DNA from: Sphingomicrobium sp. | Lineage (GTDB): Bacteria; Pseudomonadota; Alphaproteobacteria; Sphingomonadales; Sphingomonadaceae | Direction: 5' to 3' | DNA length: 64,000 nt | NCBI GenBank assembly: GCA_046262395.1 | Contig: JBHEMW010000062.1 | Coordinates: 2,933 to 66,932, forward strand | Part shown: positions 58,531 to 64,000 of the stretch, piece after piece | How positions within the stretch are numbered: the stretch's first letter is position 1 | How the letters are laid out: each line of letters opens with the position of its first letter | Program-made: the position numbers and the translations under genes | Notes under the pieces: generated by a model | What the model saw: the letters and a program-made list of their open reading frames with translations, nothing else | The model's database searches: none | Told to the model about the DNA's origin: nothing

Positions 58531-59871
58531 ATGAACTTCGATCTGGTCATCATTGGCACCGGCACCGCAGCGACCGTCGCGGCGATGCGCATGCGCAAGG
58601 CAGGATGGAGGGTCGCGGTGATCGACGAGAAGCCGTTCGGCGGAACGTGCGCTCTGCGCGGCTGCGACCCCAAGAAGATGCTTGTCGCCGGCGCGGAGGT
58701 CGTCGCCGCCGCCCGGCGAATGCACGGCAACGGCGTCGATGGGGACGTGCGGATCGACTGGCCCGGCCTGATCGCGTTCAAGCGGACTTTCACCGATCCC
58801 GTGCCGCAAAAGCGGGAGCAGAGGTACGCGGCGGCAGGAATCGGCAGCTTCAAGGGACTTGCCAGGTTCACCGGCCCCAATAGCATTCAGGTGGATGACC
58901 AGGAGCTGAGCGCCCGAAACATCCTGATCGCCTCCGGCGCGAGCCCCGTCCCGCTCGGCATATCGGGCGAGCAGCATCTGATCGACAATGAGGCGTTCCT
59001 CGCGATGGAAAGTCTTCCCCGGCGGATCGTGCTCGTCGGCGGCGGCTATATTGCCGCCGAATTCTCCCACATCGCGGCTCGCGCCGGCGCCGAGGTGACC
59101 GTCATGCAACGCGGCCCGCGACTGCTGCCGCAATTCGAGCCCGAGCTGGTTGGCTGGCTGATGGACGCCTTCGACAGGATCGGGGTTCATGTGCTGACGG
59201 ACACGACGGTGACCGCCGTCGACGCCAAGGGGGACCATTATGAAGTCCGGGGCAATGCCAGGCACGGGGAGATCGTGGTTGAAGCCGATATCGTGGTCCA
59301 TGCCGCCGGCCGCGCTCCGGCGCTCGATCGGCTGAATCTCGACGCCGCCAACATCCGCATCGAGCATGGCAGGCTGAAGCTCAATGCATTCCTGCAAAGC
59401 GTCAGCAATCCCGCGGTCTATGCGGCCGGCGACGCAGCGCAGCACGGCCCACCGCTAACGCCGGTTTCAAGCCACGATGCGAAGGTCGTCGCGGCTAATC
59501 TTCTCAAAGGCAATCACCGCTCGCCCGACTATCGGGGCGTGCCAAGCGTCGCCTTTACCATTCCGCCGATTGCGGCTGTCGGCATGAGCGAGGCCGACGC
59601 GCGCTCGTCCGGCCTGCGCTTTCGGGTCAAGTGCGAGCGGACGTCCGACTGGTTCACGGCGCGGCGATTGGCCGAGCCCGTCTATGGCTACAAAACCCTG
59701 GTCGAGGAAGGCACGGGGCGAATATTGGGCGCGCACCTGGTCGGGCCGCATGTGGACGAGGTCATCAATGTCTTTGGTCTCGCGATTCGTCACGGCCTCA
59801 CGGCAGCCGACCTCAAGAGCATGATGTTCGCTTACCCTACGGGGGCGTCCGACATCGGCGACATGCTGTAG
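58531..59871 (+). CDS. class I pyridine nucleotide-disulfide oxidoreductase (MerA/RclA/GR-like core; not a canonical MerA)
   Basis: DLVIIGTGTAA FAD motif, redox-active GGTCALRGCDPKK, and VLVGGGYIAAEF NAD(P) motif. The C-terminus FAYPTGASDIGDML has no Cys pair, and there is no NmerA domain. Confidence 0.8.
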   Translation: MNFDLVIIGTGTAATVAAMRMRKAGWRVAVIDEKPFGGTCALRGCDPKKMLVAGAEVVAAARRMHGNGVDGDVRIDWPGLIAFKRTFTDPVPQKREQRYAAAGIGSFKGLARFTGPNSIQVDDQELSARNILIASGASPVPLGISGEQHLIDNEAFLAMESLPRRIVLVGGGYIAAEFSHIAARAGAEVTVMQRGPRLLPQFEPELVGWLMDAFDRIGVHVLTDTTVTAVDAKGDHYEVRGNARHGEIVVEADIVVHAAGRAPALDRLNLDAANIRIEHGRLKLNAFLQSVSNPAVYAAGDAAQHGPPLTPVSSHDAKVVAANLLKGNHRSPDYRGVPSVAFTIPPIAAVGMSEADARSSGLRFRVKCERTSDWFTARRLAEPVYGYKTLVEEGTGRILGAHLVGPHVDEVINVFGLAIRHGLTAADLKSMMFAYPTGASDIGDML

Positions 59872-59873
59872 GA

Positions 59874-60269
59874 TCAGGTCCTTTCCAGCATGTCGATCAC
59901 GGCGCATTCGGGAACATGGCCTCCCGAGCAATGCTCCACCGTCGAAGCGAGCAGCCGTTCGAGCCTGGCGAGGTCGGCCATCTTGCTCCGGACTTGCTCC
60001 AAATGGTGAACGGCGATGTCGCGGACCTCGTCGCAGCACGCTCTTCCCGGGCCACCCAGATCGCGGATCGCCCGGACCTCGGCCGGCGCGAAACCGAGTT
60101 CGCGCGCCCGTTTGATGAAGCCTAGCGCGCGCACGTCCCGCTCGGCATAAACGCGGTGCCCGCCGTCCGTTCTCGAAGGGGCGTCGAGCAGTCCGACCTT
60201 CTCGAAGTAGCGAATCGTCTCAATGTGAACGCCGGTGCGTTGGGCAAGCTGACCGATCGAAAGGGCCAT
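59874..60269 (-). CDS. merR: MerR family metal-responsive transcriptional regulator
   Basis: LSIGQLAQRTGVHIETIRYFEKVGLL HTH, and Cys residues at RACCDEV and EHCSGGHVPEC (C-x7-C). Divergent from merT. Metal specificity not certain. Confidence 0.75.
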   Translation of the reverse strand: MALSIGQLAQRTGVHIETIRYFEKVGLLDAPSRTDGGHRVYAERDVRALGFIKRARELGFAPAEVRAIRDLGGPGRACCDEVRDIAVHHLEQVRSKMADLARLERLLASTVEHCSGGHVPECAVIDMLERT

Positions 60270-60280
60270 GAAGAAACCTC

Positions 60281-60313
60281 TTGATTCTGTAGCGACTACA
60301 GGTGGCACATAGG
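60281..60313. promoter_or_regulatory. MerR-type operator/promoter (TTGATT -35 box, dyad CTGTAG-CGA-CTACAG in the spacer)
   Basis: Perfect 6-bp dyad at 60287-60301, placed immediately after a -35-like hexamer between divergent merR and merT. The -10 box is poorly defined. Confidence 0.55.
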
Positions 60314-60337
60314 CGCGAATCGTGCCGGAGACCATTG

Positions 60338-60736
60338 ATGCCCGAGAATGCAGAGTACCCCGGCGTCGGAAGCGATGCGCTGGTCGAATCGGGTCAGCGG
60401 GAGCGCTGGTTCGCGGCCGGCGGCGTGGCCGGGGCGATCCTCGCCTCATCCTGCTGCATCCTGCCGCTCGTGCTGGTTCTGCTCGGCGTATCGGGCGCGT
60501 GGATCGGCAATCTCACCGCGCTCGAGCCCTACAAATATTATTTCAGTGCGGTTGCTCTCATCTTCATCGGCCTTGGCTTCTGGCGGGTATATTTCGCCCC
60601 AAGGGCCGAGTGTATCGAGGGCAGCTACTGCGCCCGTCCGCGATCGTCGCTCATCGCGAAGAGCGCGTTATGGGTGGCGGCCATGCTCATTCTCGTGAAC
60701 CTGACGATGGGCTGGTGGGCGCCCTTGTTCTATTAA
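60338..60736 (+). CDS. merT: mercuric ion transporter MerT-like protein
   Basis: First-TM vicinal Cys (ILASSCCILPLVLVLLG) and a cytoplasmic-loop C-x5-C (ECIEGSYC), as in MerT. Confidence 0.8.
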   Translation: MPENAEYPGVGSDALVESGQRERWFAAGGVAGAILASSCCILPLVLVLLGVSGAWIGNLTALEPYKYYFSAVALIFIGLGFWRVYFAPRAECIEGSYCARPRSSLIAKSALWVAAMLILVNLTMGWWAPLFY

Positions 60737-60755
60737 GCCGGCAAAGGAGTCAGTC

Positions 60756-61088
60756 ATGCAACATCCCCTTCTCAACGCTGCGCGTGCCTTTTCATGGAGC
60801 GTCGCTGCCCTGACCTTGTCGGCGGCGGTCATGCCCGGGGAAGCTCAGGCAGCCGTGGCATCCGTCGCCCGGGCGCAGACCGCCTCGTTCGGGATCGCCA
60901 ACATGACCTGTCCGACGTGCCCGATCACCGTCAAAAAGGCGATGCAAGGCGTCGCGGGCGTGAACTCGGTCACGATCAATTTGACGACGAAGAGCGCGCA
61001 GGTGGTTTTCGATCCGCGACGGACCAGTGTCGCGGCGATCGCGGCGGCCTCGGCCAATGCCGGCTTCCCTGCCAAACCGGTCGGTTGA
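60756..61088 (+). CDS. merP: periplasmic mercury-binding protein MerP-like (HMA domain)
   Basis: Signal peptide followed by the NMTCPTCP heavy-metal-associated motif. Confidence 0.8.
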   Translation: MQHPLLNAARAFSWSVAALTLSAAVMPGEAQAAVASVARAQTASFGIANMTCPTCPITVKKAMQGVAGVNSVTINLTTKSAQVVFDPRRTSVAAIAAASANAGFPAKPVG

Positions 61089-61321
61089 TGTCGCTCGTGC
61101 AGCTCCTGTCGACCCTCACGTGTCCGAACTGCGCCGGCGTATCGCAAGAGACGATGCCGACCGACGCGTGTCAGTTCTTCTATGACTGCCGACACTGCGG
61201 CGAGGTGCTGCGGCCGCTGAAAGGCGACTGCTGCGTGTTTTGCTCCTACGCCGATGTGCCCTGCCCGCCGATTCAGGAGGCGCGCAGAAGCGGAAACAGC
61301 GCCGCCTGCTGCGCCTCCTAA
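61088..61321 (+). CDS. GDCCVxC domain Cys-rich protein
   Basis: 77 aa with CPNC, CRHCGEVLRPLKGDCCVFCSY and a C-terminal CC. Its ATG overlaps the merP stop by 1 nt. Confidence 0.7.
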   Translation: MSLVQLLSTLTCPNCAGVSQETMPTDACQFFYDCRHCGEVLRPLKGDCCVFCSYADVPCPPIQEARRSGNSAACCAS

Positions 61322-61408
61322 GTGTTCGTCGGGGGGGCCGAAGAAAGTTCCACCGCCCCGGAACCGTCGCCGTCCCCGTATGTTGGACGCCCGACATAGG
61401 GGCGGGAT

Positions 61409-61561
61409 TTGGACAAGCGAACCAAGCAGATCGAAGAGATCGAAGCGACGCAGAAGGCGTTGCTGGACAGCATCGAGGCGACGAAGGACCTAGCCGAAAA
61501 GGCGGAGACCTTAGTCCAGAAGCATAAAAAAACGCTTCAGGAGTATGAACTGTCCGACTGA
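61409..61561 (+). CDS. possible 50-aa coiled-coil micro-protein
   Basis: TTG start just after an in-frame TAG. LDKRTKQIEEIEATQKALLDSIEATKDLAEKAETLVQKHKKTLQEYELSD; locally lower GC. Confidence 0.3.
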   Translation: MDKRTKQIEEIEATQKALLDSIEATKDLAEKAETLVQKHKKTLQEYELSD

Positions 61562-61600
61562 TCCCGGCCGGGGACGAGGGATCGATCCGCTCCTCGGTGA

Positions 61601-61711
61601 TCCCTGGCCGAGGCGGAGGCCGGACTCGGGGCTCGGTTCAACCAGCGCAAGTTCCGCGATTTCATCCTGTTCGGCGGGGCGGTGCCGCTGCCGGTGCTCG
61701 AGCGGCGGGTG
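61601..61711 (+). pseudogene. C-terminal remnant of a DUF885 family gene
   Basis: The frame opens after a TGA and reads SLAEAEAGLGARFNQRKFRDFILFGGAVPLPVLERRV. This resembles the conserved DUF885 C-terminus, with no upstream body. Confidence 0.45.
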
Positions 61712-61779
61712 CGAGCGTCACCGCGGCGAACAGGATCGGCCAGGGGCGGGGTGATGACGCGAGAAGACGGTTTCTTTGG

Positions 61780-63243
61780 CTACGCGCTTATCCCCGTCAC
61801 GACGGGACCGCCGGGCGCAGCAACATAGATAAACTTCACATATAAGGCGAACGCCACCATCGCCAGCGCCGCTACGCCCACCCAGACCGGGCCAATGGTA
61901 TTCCACAACAGATAGATATTGAGCACGGCGATCACCGTGCTGATGACATAGCCGAGAATCGTGATCGGCAGCGGATTGGCGAACGCGCCCATCCGCTTCT
62001 TGCTGCTGGTGATCATCATCAACGGATAGATCGCGAACGGGAGCTGCATCGACAGGACGACCTGCGAGATGACAAGCAACTCGACCGTGTCCTTGCCGCC
62101 GGTCGCCGTGATGACCGCGAGCGCGGGGATGATCGCCAGCAACCGCGTGATCAGGCGGCGCAGCCACGGCTGAATTCGAATTTTGAGGAATCCCTCCATC
62201 ACGATCTGGCCGGCCAGCGTGCCGGTGATCGTGCTCGACTGACCCGAACACAGCAGCGCCACGGCGAACGCCGTCGCCGCCGCGCCGCCGAGCGCCGGGC
62301 GGAGCAGCTCATGCGCCTGTTGCAGCTCGGCGACCTCGATGCCGCCGCTCCAGAACACCGCCGCCGCGAGCACGAGAATGGCGGCGTTGACGAAGAACGC
62401 CGCCCCCAGCGCGACGACCGTATCGATCGTGTTGTAGGCGATCGCCGCTTTCATGTCGGCGGGATTGCGGCCGAACGCGCGCGTCTGAACGATCGACGAA
62501 TGCAGGTAGAGATTGTGGGGCATGACCGTCGCTCCGAGAATGCCGAGCGACACCAGCAATGCGGCCGTGTTGGGCATCGATGGGATGACCGTGCCCAGCG
62601 CCACCGCGGTCCAGTCCGGCCGGGCCAGGAAGATGCTGTAGGCGAAGCACAGCGCGATCGTCGTAACGAGGGCGATGACGACCGCTTCCAGCTTGCGGAA
62701 GCCAAGGTTGATCAGCAGCAGCAAGAGCAGCACGTCCAACCCGGTGACGATCACCCCCCACACCAGCGGAATGCCGACCAACAGGTTAAGCGCGACCGCC
62801 GATCCGTCCACCTCGGCCAGGTCGCAGGCGATGATCGCAACCTCGCACAGCAGCCACAGCGCGACCGCGACCGGCTTCGAATAATAGTCGCGGCAGGACT
62901 GGGCGAGGTCGCGCCCGGTGACGATTCCCATTCGCGCGCACAGCCGTTGCAGGAAAATCGCCATCAGGTTCGAGGCGAGGATCACCCACAGCAGTGCGTA
63001 GCCGAACTGGCTTCCTCCGGCGAGATCGGTGCCCCAGTTGCCCGGGTCCATATAGCCGACCGACACCATGAAGCCCGGTCCCGCGAAGCCGAGCCATTTG
63101 CGCCACGGCGAGCGCACGCCATCGCCTGTCTGCCAGACCTTCAAGGTGCGGTATGCTTCGGGCAGCGACCGGGTGAAATCGGCCTGGTCGCCGCGGCTGA
63201 CGAAGCGCGACAGGAGCGACGATCGTGGGGAAGTGGAAGCCAT
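61780..63243 (-). CDS. mntH: Nramp family divalent metal (Mn2+/Fe2+) transporter
   Basis: GPGFMVSVGYMDPGNWGTDLAGG Nramp signature and about 11-12 TM spans. Confidence 0.9.
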   Translation of the reverse strand: MASTSPRSSLLSRFVSRGDQADFTRSLPEAYRTLKVWQTGDGVRSPWRKWLGFAGPGFMVSVGYMDPGNWGTDLAGGSQFGYALLWVILASNLMAIFLQRLCARMGIVTGRDLAQSCRDYYSKPVAVALWLLCEVAIIACDLAEVDGSAVALNLLVGIPLVWGVIVTGLDVLLLLLLINLGFRKLEAVVIALVTTIALCFAYSIFLARPDWTAVALGTVIPSMPNTAALLVSLGILGATVMPHNLYLHSSIVQTRAFGRNPADMKAAIAYNTIDTVVALGAAFFVNAAILVLAAAVFWSGGIEVAELQQAHELLRPALGGAAATAFAVALLCSGQSSTITGTLAGQIVMEGFLKIRIQPWLRRLITRLLAIIPALAVITATGGKDTVELLVISQVVLSMQLPFAIYPLMMITSSKKRMGAFANPLPITILGYVISTVIAVLNIYLLWNTIGPVWVGVAALAMVAFALYVKFIYVAAPGGPVVTGISA

Positions 63244-63255
63244 TGGAGGTCCTGA

Positions 63256-64000
63256 CTAAAAACGGAGCGAGGTGCCGATGAACATGGTCGCGTCATCGAC
63301 GGTGTTGGCCAGGCCAAGCGTCCCGCCGCCATCGACGATCCAGTTTTCGGCCAAGGGATAGGAGAGGCCGGCGCTGGCGATGGCGCGGTAACCGCCGCCA
63401 CCGCCGTGCGGCACGACGCCGACATATTCGAGATAGCCGGCTAAATGACCCGCGATCGGGTGACCGAGTGTGGCGCTGTGGACCACATCGACGCCGTACC
63501 GCCCGCGTGCGTCGTCATAAACCAGATCGAACTCCGCCATCGTGCCCAGCGAAAAATCGCTCGGCACGTCGATCGCCAGCGGCAGGATCACACCGCCTTC
63601 GACATGATCGTTGCTCAGCCCGCGCGCGCCGGTCGGCGCCTTGATGAAGGGCATGATCGCAAATGCGGTCGAGCCGCCGTCATTGCCCCAGAGATTGATT
63701 TTCAGCCGCACCTGCGTGTCGTCGCTGAAGCCGCTGGCGACGGCGTGGGCGCCGCCGGCGCGCGTTTCGACCCGCTGGTAGGGGGTGAAGATGAGCTGGA
63801 GATCGACGTTGTTGAGCAATCCGAGCTTGAGGTTGACGGGCAGGATCCCCACGGTTCGGGTCCGCACGCCGGCATCCTTATCGAAGGCATAATCCGCCAG
63901 GCTCAATTCGACCTGAAAATGACCCGCATCGACGGTGTAGGGGCTTTCGGTCGTGTCGGGCCGATCGGTGTTGAACGCGCGCATCAACTCCCGCGGAGTC
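63256..64000 (-). CDS. outer-membrane beta-barrel protein (MetA-pathway/transporter-like), N-terminus outside the window
   Basis: FNTDRPDTTESPYTVDAGHFQVE start of the barrel, alternating beta-strand pattern, and a C-terminal ...FIGTSLRF aromatic end. 12 nt upstream of mntH. Confidence 0.6.
   Translation of the reverse strand, partial: TPRELMRAFNTDRPDTTESPYTVDAGHFQVELSLADYAFDKDAGVRTRTVGILPVNLKLGLLNNVDLQLIFTPYQRVETRAGGAHAVASGFSDDTQVRLKINLWGNDGGSTAFAIMPFIKAPTGARGLSNDHVEGGVILPLAIDVPSDFSLGTMAEFDLVYDDARGRYGVDVVHSATLGHPIAGHLAGYLEYVGVVPHGGGGGYRAIASAGLSYPLAENWIVDGGGTLGLANTVDDATMFIGTSLRF

Noticed and set aside
58531-59871. Calling this flavoprotein merA.
   Set aside because: It lacks the N-terminal HMA (NmerA) domain and the C-terminal Cys-Cys pair essential in canonical MerA. 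It is also not in the merTP transcription unit. It is kept as a MerA/RclA-like reductase of unknown substrate.

Overview
High-GC alphaproteobacterial chromosome segment. The Sphingomonadaceae-like call is an inference from gene content, a PEPxxWA-CTERM protein and the repeat types. Roughly 1-54.5 kb is tightly packed housekeeping core: astA plus an M20 hydrolase, rppH, korAB, a cfa-like methyltransferase, purF, a LiuR-like regulator plus acyl-CoA dehydrogenase, a GGDEF-EAL-PilZ protein, cysK, radA-cvpA-cysS, aroK, xerD, accA, an orphan Flp pilin, comF-grxC-nitrilase, tRNA-Arg(CCT), folE, xpaC/telA, an orphan TadG/TadE/TadE trio, fsa, DUF484-xerC, gshB-yraN-rsmI, hemW/rdgB/rph, hrcA-grpE, acpP-fabF-mltG and an M17 aminopeptidase. 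From about 54.6 to 61.7 kb the character changes to an accessory islet. It holds small unrelated gene units separated by five same-orientation copies of a conserved-loop hairpin repeat. These are followed by a VOC protein, a MerA-like flavoprotein disulfide reductase, and a merR / merT-merP-GDCCVxC module that lacks a canonical merA. The islet ends at a remnant of a DUF885 gene next to an OMP-mntH operon. I saw no rRNA, CRISPR array, transposase or phage-type integrase. The best candidates for something new are the non-canonical mer-like metal module and the hairpin-punctuated cassette block, but I did not find a clear-cut novel multi-gene system. Other oddities: palindromic repeat elements that became coding sequence (in frame inside cfa, and as the 3-prime end of rppH), a low-GC3 mosaic tract inside cysS, a conserved gene split by one in-frame TGA, a yraN with no canonical start codon, and six convergent gene pairs that share a 4-nt double stop. 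Most long ORFs in the track that lie antisense to these genes are GC-driven shadow ORFs. Coordinates of non-ORF features were anchored to ORF-track coordinates by hand and may be off by 1-2 nt.
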